This document shows, piece by piece, positions 1 through 8,474 of a DNA stretch of 64,000 nucleotides (positions are counted from its first letter, which is position 1; every line of letters starts with the position of its first letter). A program made the position numbers and the translations under genes. The notes under the pieces are model-generated. The model was not told where the DNA came from and searched no databases. It saw nothing but the letters and a program-made list of their open reading frames with translations. The stretch is from an uncultured Acidobacteriota bacterium (GTDB lineage: Bacteria; Acidobacteriota; Thermoanaerobaculia; UBA5066; Gp7-AA6): the NCBI GenBank assembly GCA_963742245.1, contig CAVULG010000004.1, positions 279,493-343,492 of the forward strand, in the 5' to 3' direction.

Positions 1-2077
1 TCTTCGGCCTTGTCCGTCTCGACCGCGCGCGCAGCGCGTCGGCGGCCGAGCACGTCGCCCGCCTGGCCGAGCGCCAGGCCACGGCGCGGCGAACGCGCGG
101 ATCGGCGTCCGCAAGGGCCTTCGCAGCGAGGCCTGCCGCGGCCGAGCCGCCGATCCGCCCGAGGTCGAGCGCGGCTTCCTGCTTCGAGCCCCCAGTGGGC
201 GGCCGGATCCGCGAGGATGCGCGCCAGGCGCCTCGCGGAGCGCGGGTCGAGCGGGAAGTCGTCCGCGAGCTGGCGGGCGGCGCGCAGTTGCGCCGCGAGG
301 TCGCCGCCCGAGAGCTCCGCGAGCACCTCGCTGATCGGCCGCGCGTACTTCACCTCGCAGACAGCCAGCCGCCTTTGTCGAAGGTGACGCGCGCGGGGCG
401 GCTTCGCCGGGCCGGCAGCGACGACGGTCGTCGACCATCCCGAGAGCTCGACCCGATGTGTCTTCGCGCCCGACGCGTCCGCGATCTCGACCTCGACGGG
501 CAGCCGGAAGTCGTTCTCGAACGGCAGGTCCGCCTGGATCTGCCTGACGTCAGGTCGACCTGCCTGCGCTCCGGCGCCCAGCGGTACGACACCTCGAAGC
601 GGGGATGCCCGCCGCCGCCCACGACCCAGTCCTCGAAGAACCAGGAGAGGTTGCGGCCGGCGGCGCGCTCGATCGCTTCCTTCAGGTCCGCCGAGTCGAC
701 GTTCGAGTACTCGTGCTTCTCGAGGTACGCCGCGATCATCCGATCGAAGTCGGCCTCGCCCAGGAAGTGCCGGATCATGTGCAGCACGAGAGCGCCCTTC
801 ACGTAGGTCGTCTCCTGCTGGTACATGGCCGACGGCTCCTTGTAGCGGAGATACTCCATCGGCCGCACGCTGCCGGTCGCGCGGACGTAGTCGACGTACT
901 CGTTCAGGTACCACCAGCGCTGGTAGGTCAGGTCGTCTTCGCCATGCGCCTTCCCGTTCCAGATCGAGTGCCAGAACGTGGCGAAGGACTCGTTCAGCCA
1001 GAACGAACCCAGCGAACGGCACGTCACGAGGTCGCCGAACCAGTGGTGCGCGAGCTCGTGCGCGACGACGTCCTCGTACGTGAAGACGGGCCGCGCCTTT
1101 TCGTAGACCGGGCCAGAGTCCGGCGGATCGCCCGCGATGCGGAGCTCGCTCTCGGAGAAACCGGTCGCGAGTCGTCGTCTCCATCGCGCCGGCGAACTCG
1201 CGCAGCACGACCTGGTCGTACTTGTCCCAGGGATACGGGTAACCCATCTTCGTCGAGAAGTACTCGACCATGTCGGGCGTGTTGCCGAAGACGAACTTCG
1301 CGGCCTCTTCGGTGCCGGGCGGCGTCCAGGCGGCGAGCGGGATGGTTTTCCCGCCGACCTTCGCGTCGCGCAGCGACACACTTCGCGAACTCGCCGACGT
1401 CGAGCGCCAGCAGGTAGTTCGGAATCGGACCCTCCTGCACCCAGCGGAACGTCCGCGTGCCGTCGGCGTTGTCGCGCGTCTCGGCGAGCGAGCCGTTGGC
1501 GACCGCCGTCAGGCCCTTCGGAACCGTCACGACGAACTCGATCGCGAACCGGTCGTTCGTATCGTTGTAGGCCGGGAGCCAGCCCCGGTGGAGCCCGCCC
1601 TCGCCGTAGTTCCAGGCCTGCGGGCGAGCTTGTTCCCTTCCTGCGGATAGAAGTACAGACCCGCACGCGGCTTGCACGAGTAGTCGATCGCGACCGTCGC
1701 CGACTCGCCGATGCCGACCGGCGGATCGAGCGCGATGTCGAGCTTGAAGGCGCCCTTGTCCACGGCGAACTTCTGCGGCCGACTGCTGCCTGCGCCGGCG
1801 GCGGCGCGCACGACCTTCGTCACGTCGAGGTCCGCGGCATCGAGCGAGAGGTTCGACGAGGGGCGCCCGAAGAGCCTCGAAGGTCACGGTGGCGGTTCCC
1901 GTCGATCCGCTCCGCCGCCATGTCGAATCTCAGGTCCGCCTTGTACTTCTTCGCGTGGAACGTCCGCTCGCGGACCGGCCGTTCGGGGCCTTCCGGAAGG
2001 CGGTGGCCCGGAACGACCTGAGCGAGCACGGCGACGGGACACACAACGAACGCCAGGGCGGCGAGAAACCGTTTCAT
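1..2077 (-). pseudogene. M1-family aminopeptidase N-like metallopeptidase with C-terminal HEAT-like repeats; 3' end runs off the window; frame broken at least 3 times
   Basis: Minus-strand ORF fragments 1820..2077 (signal peptide MKRFLAALAFVVCPVAVLA), 1527..1823, 1024..1887 and 350..1666 join into one protein. Fragment 350..1666 carries HELAHHWFGDLVT ... WLNESFATFW, the HEXXH-X18-E gluzincin signature of M1 peptidases. GGAGGA lies just upstream of the ATG at 2077. Confidence 0.8.
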
Positions 2078-2105
2078 TCGTCCTCCATCAAGCGTGAAAG
2101 TGCCG

Positions 2106-2113
2106 GGATTCTA
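2106..2113 (-). promoter_or_regulatory. -10-like octamer TAGAATCC upstream of the aminopeptidase gene
   Basis: Reverse complement of ggattcta. It lies 30 nt before the ATG at 2077, with GGAGGA in between. Member of the recurrent octamer family (see findings). Confidence 0.35.
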
Positions 2114-2131
2114 TCGCCGCTCGAGCTCCCT

Positions 2132-2139
2132 TAGGATTC
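2132..2139 (+). promoter_or_regulatory. -10-like octamer TAGGATTC, 6 nt before the yceI ATG (leaderless-type arrangement)
   Basis: The sequence reads taggattcgcgcATG with no Shine-Dalgarno. The same TAGGATTCGCnGCATG string recurs at 55796..55811 on the minus strand. Confidence 0.35.
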
Positions 2140-2143
2140 GCGC

Positions 2144-2731
2144 ATGCGCAACTTTGCTTGCCTCGTCATCGCCCTCGGCCTCACGACAGCCGCGACGATC
2201 CGTGCCGCCGAGTACGACATCGTCGAGGACCAGTCGAACATCCAGTTCTCCGTGCCGCTCCTGGCCGTGTCGAAGATCTCGGGCAAGTTCATGAAATACG
2301 AGATCCGGCTCGACGCCGGGAAGAAGCCCGACTACTCGACGGCCCGCGCCGAGGCCGTCATCGAGATCGCGAGCGTCGATACGGGCAACGACTCGTGGGA
2401 CCAGAAACTGCGCACGCCGGCGTTTTTCGACGCCGCGAAGTACCCGAAGATCCAGTTCAAGAGCCGCAGCGTCCGCAAGGTGGGCGACAAGTGGGAGGCC
2501 ACCGGAACGCTCGCGCTCCACGGAGTGACCAGGGAGATCGTCCTTCCCTTCGTGTTCCAGGGCCACTTCGACGGGCCCCACCCGGACGAGCACGTCGGCA
2601 TCCACGCCACGTTCAAGTTCGATCGGAGGGACTACGGCATGGGGTGGGCCGGGAATGCCGAGGCGAAGGCGGTCGGCAACATCGTGACGGTGGAGATCAC
2701 GGTGCTCGCGAAGCGAACCTCTAGAAAGTGA
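2144..2731 (+). CDS. yceI: YceI-like periplasmic polyisoprenoid-binding family protein
   Basis: Intact 195-aa ORF with a signal peptide (MRNFACLVIALGLTTAATIRA). Family-typical segments: SNIQFSV..SKISGKF, ASVDTGNDSWDQKLRTPAFFDAAKYPKIQFKS, LALHGVTREI. Confidence 0.8.
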   Translation: MRNFACLVIALGLTTAATIRAAEYDIVEDQSNIQFSVPLLAVSKISGKFMKYEIRLDAGKKPDYSTARAEAVIEIASVDTGNDSWDQKLRTPAFFDAAKYPKIQFKSRSVRKVGDKWEATGTLALHGVTREIVLPFVFQGHFDGPHPDEHVGIHATFKFDRRDYGMGWAGNAEAKAVGNIVTVEITVLAKRTSRK

Positions 2732-5501
2732 CTCGGACGCCTCCTCGGAACACGCGCGGACTGAGCTCGGATGGCGCATTGAAACCGTCCGACGGTACGA
2801 ACGGAGTATCCGCTGCGGCGTCGTAACTTCCAACGAGGCCGTCGCGCTCGAGCACCGTGCGGCTATCGAGCAGGTTGAAGCAGTCGAACTGGGGAATCAC
2901 AATGACGCGCGACCCGATCCGAAAGGCCTTCGAGAGCTGCAGATCGAGCTGGTAGACATTCGGATTCCGATAGCGCGTCGCGGATCCGATCTGGATCGAG
3001 TAAGCGAACACTGCCAGATCATCGGTGAAGGCTTCCACCTGGTAGAGGATCGGAAACCCCTGACGGCCGGAGAGATTCACGCCGGCCGCGATGCCCAGCG
3101 GAAGCTCGACCATGCCGCCGACATTGAACTGCCAGGTCGCGTTGATCGTGCCCTCGACGACGGGACCGCTCGCGTTGGTTCCCGGCACCTCGTTGTTCGG
3201 ATTGACGATCGCGCCCGGGCCGATGTCCTGCTGTCGGTCGTTGTAGGCAAAGCTCACGCGTGCCATCCAGCCGTGCGAGAAGGACTTGAGCAGCTGGAGC
3301 TCGACGCCGCTGTAGGTTTCGCTGACATCCTGCCGGTTCTCGAGCACTCTCCCGTTGCACGGAGCCGGGCACTCCGTCAACGCGTAGTACGGCTCGTTGA
3401 AATCCAGGACTAAGCCGGTCACCGGGTCCACGGCGGTCCCCGCTGCATTGCCCATGTATTGGTAGCTCGCGCTCGTCGTTCCGATCAGCGGCGCGACCTC
3501 GAGATTTCGAAAGACGCGGTAGGTGTACGCGACGGAGCCCCACAGGCCGGGAGCGATCTGCCGCTCCACGCCGGCGATGAATTCGTCGGTCGTCGGAGTT
3601 TTATAGTCCCTGGCAATCTGATTCAGCTGTATCGACGCGCCCGGATTGTCTCGGTCGGCACCCGATTGGCCACGGGGATCGTCGAGGTTGACTTCGTCCG
3701 GTTCGACGCGGCCGTTCTCGTTTCGGTCGATCCAACCGTAGGTGAGCTGGGCGACTTCCGGGAAGGCATTGATGAAAACGATCGTGCTGCTGTTGAGCTG
3801 ATTGGCGAATCGCGAGTAAGAGCCGCGCAGCAGGGTGCGCTTTCCGCCGAGAGCGTACGTGACCCCGACCCGCGGCTGGAACAGCCGCCAGGTGATCGGG
3901 TATCCCGAATCCCCGGCGTATTGCACGGCCGGAAGAATCGCCGGGAAGACCGGGTTGGCAGGCACCGTTGACGGAAGATTCTTCCCTTGCTGGTAGTCGA
4001 AGCGCGCCCCGACGTTGAACGTGAGGTTGCCGGCCTGGATGGTGTCGCCCACGAAGGTGTCGTAGGCGTTCGTGAGGGCTCGGGCGTTCTGCGGGCGGGT
4101 GATGTAGGCGTCGTCGTCCGGCAACCCAAAGCCGACCAGCTGGTCTCCGGGCCAGCTCAGTCCCGAGTCGAACCGGAGGTGCCGGTAGCCGAACCCGAAC
4201 TTGACCTCGTGCTGCAGGCTGCCGGTGTCGAAGAACGTCGAAACGTTCAAGCCGGCCTGTTGCTTGTCGTCCAGAATTCGCTTGATCTGGTAACTGTGGC
4301 GCCAGATGCGGTCAACCCGATCCGCCTGCTCGTCGGGGCCCCCGACCGGGTCGAAGTTCGCCCGTGTCTTCACGTAGGAGACATAGAACGAGGCGAAGAG
4401 GCTTGCCGAGAAGACCTGCGCGTCCTCGAGCTTGTAGGAGATCCCCGGACGAAGGAGGTGCCATGTGGACTCCAGAGACCGGTCGGGCTGAAAGAGCCAA
4501 GCGTCGACGTCCCTCTCGAAGTTGGTATAGGCGAGGGTGAGCGCATTGCTGGGAAGGATCTGGGCATTCAGCTTCGCGTTCCAATGCTCGAAGGTGTGCT
4601 GACCCGGGATTTCCTCGCCGACGCGGTTGGTGAGGGTATAGCCCGGGAAGTCGGTGTGCGCGAAGGCGCCCCAGAGCCAGAGGCGATCCTTCCAGAGCGG
4701 GCCGCCCGCCTCGATGCCGTAGTCCCACGCGCCGCCGCTGTTGTACAGGCCGCGCGCCGAGCCCAGGAGCTGGTTGGTGCCCCGCTTGGTCACGAGGTTG
4801 ACCGTCACGCCTGGCGTCGAAAGCGAAAGATCGGAGCCGCCGGTCGTCACCTCGACGGTGCTGAGCGAATCGAAATCGAAAAAGAGCGGCGCGATCCCCC
4901 CCACGCTGACCGCGACGCCGTCGAGGTTGAAGGTGTTCTGGCTCGGATCCGAGCCCTTGCCCACGAAACCGGGCATCCCCGCGTTCGGGCCTCCGACGAT
5001 CATGCTTTCGACGAGGACTCCGGGAACCATCCGAACGATCGCCCAGGGATCCCGTGCCGTGGGGATGCTCTCGAGCTCTTTCTGGCTGAACGTCGAACCC
5101 GTCACGATCCGGCGGGGGTCCGCCTCGGGCGATTCGCCTCCGACCGTGGCGGTCTCCGCCACCCCGGCGACGGGCAGGGTGATCGAGAGAACCACGTTGC
5201 CGAGCGCGATCGTCACGTCGCGGTGCGCCGTCTCGAATCCCGCCTGCTCGAGCGTGACGGAGTAGTCGCCCGGCGAAAGATTCAGAAAATGAAAGTCGCC
5301 CCCTGCGCCACTGTTCGTCGTTTGTGGGGCGCCCGGTCCGGTGATCGTCACGCGGACACCGCTCACCGCGTTTTCCTGTGTGTCGAGAACCGTGCCGAAA
5401 AGGTTCCCCGTCGGCGACGGTGTCTGGCCCGTGGCCTCGGCCTTCAGGAGCCACCCGGCTAACAGGACCACCGTCAGAGATCGCGCGCGTTTCATCGTCA
5501 C
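2721..5501 (-). CDS. TonB-dependent receptor-like outer-membrane protein with N-terminal CarboxypepD_reg-like domain (paralog 1)
   Basis: Intact 926-aa ORF with a signal peptide. CarboxypepD_reg-like GNLFGTVLDTQENAVSGVRVTITG..GDYSVTLEQAGF; plug-like NLDGVAVS..VEVTTGGSDLS..GVTVNLVTKRGTN; C-terminal GGVRVTF. The first codon is GTG at 5501; the ATG at 5495 (MKRARS) is an alternative start. Confidence 0.8.
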   Translation of the reverse strand: MTMKRARSLTVVLLAGWLLKAEATGQTPSPTGNLFGTVLDTQENAVSGVRVTITGPGAPQTTNSGAGGDFHFLNLSPGDYSVTLEQAGFETAHRDVTIALGNVVLSITLPVAGVAETATVGGESPEADPRRIVTGSTFSQKELESIPTARDPWAIVRMVPGVLVESMIVGGPNAGMPGFVGKGSDPSQNTFNLDGVAVSVGGIAPLFFDFDSLSTVEVTTGGSDLSLSTPGVTVNLVTKRGTNQLLGSARGLYNSGGAWDYGIEAGGPLWKDRLWLWGAFAHTDFPGYTLTNRVGEEIPGQHTFEHWNAKLNAQILPSNALTLAYTNFERDVDAWLFQPDRSLESTWHLLRPGISYKLEDAQVFSASLFASFYVSYVKTRANFDPVGGPDEQADRVDRIWRHSYQIKRILDDKQQAGLNVSTFFDTGSLQHEVKFGFGYRHLRFDSGLSWPGDQLVGFGLPDDDAYITRPQNARALTNAYDTFVGDTIQAGNLTFNVGARFDYQQGKNLPSTVPANPVFPAILPAVQYAGDSGYPITWRLFQPRVGVTYALGGKRTLLRGSYSRFANQLNSSTIVFINAFPEVAQLTYGWIDRNENGRVEPDEVNLDDPRGQSGADRDNPGASIQLNQIARDYKTPTTDEFIAGVERQIAPGLWGSVAYTYRVFRNLEVAPLIGTTSASYQYMGNAAGTAVDPVTGLVLDFNEPYYALTECPAPCNGRVLENRQDVSETYSGVELQLLKSFSHGWMARVSFAYNDRQQDIGPGAIVNPNNEVPGTNASGPVVEGTINATWQFNVGGMVELPLGIAAGVNLSGRQGFPILYQVEAFTDDLAVFAYSIQIGSATRYRNPNVYQLDLQLSKAFRIGSRVIVIPQFDCFNLLDSRTVLERDGLVGSYDAAADTPFVPSDGFNAPSELSPRVFRGGVRVTF

Positions 5502-5523
5502 TCGGGAGCAACAACGCTCCCCG

Positions 5524-8319
5524 CTAGAAGGTCAGCCGGACGCCCCCGCGGTAGACGCGGGGACGTATCTGTTCGTACACGACGTTGAAGTCCTCGTTCG
5601 GATCGAAGTTCGGCGTGAATGCGGCATTGTAGAAACCCACGATTCCCTCACGCTCCAGCACCGTACGACTGTCGAGCAGGTTGAAGCAGGCAAACTGAGG
5701 GATCACCGTAACTCTCGATCCCAACTGAAATGCCCTCGAGAGCTGCAGATCAAGCTGGTAGACGTTGGGATTGCGATAGTCCCCGACCTTCCCGACCTGC
5801 AAGAAGTCGTAGTTGAACCACTCGTCGTTCGTCTGCACACCTACCGAGTACAGGATCGGAAAGCCCTGCCGGCCGAAGAAATTCAAGCCGGCCGCGACTC
5901 CGAGGGGAAGCTGAACGGAGCCGCTGACGTTGAACTGCCAGGTTGCGTTGATGACGCCCGCCACGGCCGGTCCGCTGGTGTTCACGCCCGGTGTCTCGTT
6001 GTTCGGGTTGACGATCGCGCCGGGGCCGATGTGCTGCTGCCAGTCGTTGTACGCGAAGCTGACCCGGGCCATCCATCCGTGCGAGAACGCCTTGATGAGT
6101 TGGATCTCGACCCCGCTGTACGTCTCATTGGCGTCGGGCCGGTTCTGAAGCTCCCTGCCGACGCAGGGATCGGGGCACGCGATCAGCCCGTAGTACGGCT
6201 CGTCGAAGTCGAGCGTGAAACCGTCGGAGCTGGGAAGTTCCCCCGTCACGGTGCCTGTCGCATTTCCGAAGTATCGATAGCTCTCTCGGGTCGTCCCGAT
6301 GAGAGGGTCAAACGCGAGATTGCGGATGGTGCGGTAGGTGTACGCCAGAGAGGCCGACAGATCGGGCGCGAACTGCCGCTCGACACCGACGATGAACTCG
6401 TCGGTCGTGGAAGGCTCGAAGCCTTTCGCGATCTGGTTGATCTGAGTTGACGAACCCGGGTCATCGGGATTGACACCCGTCCAACGGAAAGGGCTGGAGG
6501 ACAGATCGATCTCCTCCGGCTCGACGCGGCCGTTTCCATTCGCATCGTCCCAGGGGTACGTGAGAGTCGCGATTTCCGGAAACGGATTCGCCGCGAAGAT
6601 TGTGTCGCTGCCCAGCGGGGCGACGAACCGGGAGTAGGAGGCGCGGAGCAGAGTGAGGCGATCGCTCAGGGAATACGTGACCCCGACGCGCGGCTGGAGC
6701 GCACTCCAGGTGACGGGATACCCCGCATCGCCGCCGTATTCGACGGCGGGAAGCAGCTCCGGGAAGACGGGGTTCGCCTCCACCTCGGACGGCAGGTTCT
6801 TCCCCTGCTGGTAGTCGAACCGGACGCCCGCGGTCACCGTGAGATTGCCGGCCCGAACCGTATCTCCCAGGAAGACGTCATAGACGTTGACCCGCGACTT
6901 GGGATTCTTCGCGCGTGTGACGTCGGCCTCATCGAACTCGAACTGGGCGTGTCCGACGAGCTGATCTCCGGGCCAGATCGCAAGATCTCCGAATCGAAGG
7001 TCCCGATATCCGAACCCGAACTTCAGCTCGTGCCCGAGGTCGCCCGTGTGGAAAAAAGTCGAGGCATTCAAGCCCGCCTGACGCTGATCGTCGAAGAGAC
7101 GGCGAAACTGATAGCTGTTGCGCCAGATCGCCCTCTCATCCTCATAGGCTTGCTCCTCGAGCCCCCCTGAGGGCGTGGTCGTCTCCGTCGCCATGACGTA
7201 GGAGAGGTACCCCGACAGGAAGGACGCGGTCGAGAGAACCTGGCCGTCCTGGACCCTGTACGACCGTCCCGGCCGAAGAGTGTCCCCGCTCGACTCCGGC
7301 GAGAAGCGCGCACCCGCGATTCCCGCAATCTCCCGGCCCAGATCCGTAAGGGAAAGGGTGAGCGCGTTGCCCCTGGTGAGCTCGGCGTTGAGTTTGGCGT
7401 TCCAGTGCGTGAGGGTTTCCTGACTCGGAAGGGTATCGCCGGTGGGGAGTATCCGGACCGAAGCCAGAAAGTCGTTTTTCGCGAACGCTCCCCACAGCCA
7501 GAGGCGGTCTCTCCAGATCGGACCGCCGGCCTCGACTCCGTAGTCCCAGCCGCTTCCTCCCGTGTAGAGAGCACGCGCGGAGCTTCGGAACTGGTTGGTG
7601 CCCCGCTTGGTCACGAGGTTGAGAGTCACGCCGGGAGTCGCGATCGACAGGTCGGAGCCGCCCGTCGTCACCTCGATGTCGTCGAACGAGTCGAAGTCGA
7701 AGAAGAATCGCGACAACCCGCCGACGCTGATCCCGACGCCATCCAGGTTGTAATTGTTCTGCCCCGGCCTCGAGCCCTTGCCGACGAAGGGCGACTGTCC
7801 CGCGCGGATCCCGCCTCCGACGTTCACATCCTGGATGAGCACGCCAGGAACCTGGCGGAGGAACGCCCCGGGGTCGCGGGTCGTCGGGATGTCGAGAAGC
7901 TCCCGCTCGCCAAAAGTCGCTCCCGTCTCGATCTCACGATTGTCCAACCCAGGCGCAGCGCTATCGACCGTGACCGACTCCGCGACGCCCGCGACCGGCA
8001 TCGTGAGCGAGAGGACCACGTTGCCGAGCGCCACCGTGACGTCTTGCCGAACCGCCTCCAATCCGCCCCGCTCGAGCAGGACGGAGTAGTCGCCGGGTGA
8101 AAGGCTCAGGAAATGAAAACCACCGTCCCTGCCGGTGCTCGCGTGCTGTGCGGCGCCCGGACCGGTCAGCGTCACCGTGACGCCGATCAGGGTGTTTCCC
8201 TGCGTGTCCAGAGCGGTACCGAAGAGATTGCCCGTCGGCGACGGGATCTGGGCCGACGCGCCCGGCGGCAGAAGCCAGACCGCCAGGAGAGCCACCGCGG
8301 CCGCCCGTATGGGTTTCAT
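5524..8319 (-). CDS. TonB-dependent receptor-like outer-membrane protein with CarboxypepD_reg-like domain (paralog 2, tandem duplicate)
   Basis: ORF 5524..8349 is collinear with and highly similar to 2721..5501 (GNLFGTALDTQGNTLIGVTVTLTG..GDYSVLLERGG; VEVTTGGSDLSIATPGVTLNLVTKRGTN; ends GGVRLTF). Start set at MKPIRAAAVALLAVWLL (8319), which is preceded by GGAGA. Confidence 0.8.
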   Translation of the reverse strand: MKPIRAAAVALLAVWLLPPGASAQIPSPTGNLFGTALDTQGNTLIGVTVTLTGPGAAQHASTGRDGGFHFLSLSPGDYSVLLERGGLEAVRQDVTVALGNVVLSLTMPVAGVAESVTVDSAAPGLDNREIETGATFGERELLDIPTTRDPGAFLRQVPGVLIQDVNVGGGIRAGQSPFVGKGSRPGQNNYNLDGVGISVGGLSRFFFDFDSFDDIEVTTGGSDLSIATPGVTLNLVTKRGTNQFRSSARALYTGGSGWDYGVEAGGPIWRDRLWLWGAFAKNDFLASVRILPTGDTLPSQETLTHWNAKLNAELTRGNALTLSLTDLGREIAGIAGARFSPESSGDTLRPGRSYRVQDGQVLSTASFLSGYLSYVMATETTTPSGGLEEQAYEDERAIWRNSYQFRRLFDDQRQAGLNASTFFHTGDLGHELKFGFGYRDLRFGDLAIWPGDQLVGHAQFEFDEADVTRAKNPKSRVNVYDVFLGDTVRAGNLTVTAGVRFDYQQGKNLPSEVEANPVFPELLPAVEYGGDAGYPVTWSALQPRVGVTYSLSDRLTLLRASYSRFVAPLGSDTIFAANPFPEIATLTYPWDDANGNGRVEPEEIDLSSSPFRWTGVNPDDPGSSTQINQIAKGFEPSTTDEFIVGVERQFAPDLSASLAYTYRTIRNLAFDPLIGTTRESYRYFGNATGTVTGELPSSDGFTLDFDEPYYGLIACPDPCVGRELQNRPDANETYSGVEIQLIKAFSHGWMARVSFAYNDWQQHIGPGAIVNPNNETPGVNTSGPAVAGVINATWQFNVSGSVQLPLGVAAGLNFFGRQGFPILYSVGVQTNDEWFNYDFLQVGKVGDYRNPNVYQLDLQLSRAFQLGSRVTVIPQFACFNLLDSRTVLEREGIVGFYNAAFTPNFDPNEDFNVVYEQIRPRVYRGGVRLTF

Positions 8320-8408
8320 TCTGTCTCCGGACTTCTCCACGAGAGACATGTGCCCGGCGGGAACGGCACGTGACGGCCGCGTGGAGCGCGGCGCGGGTGT
8401 GCGCGCGA

Positions 8409-8443
8409 CAGTCTATTTCAGAAAACGAGCGACCGGCCCCCGA
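8409..8443 (-). terminator. Rho-independent-type terminator after the BNR-repeat gene
   Basis: The minus strand reads CCGGCCCC-TTCG-GGGGCCGG followed by TCGCTCGTTTTCTG. It lies about 30 nt after the TAA stop at 8475. Confidence 0.55.
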
Positions 8444-8474
8444 AGGGGCCGGCTCTCTGTGTCTTGGTCGATTC

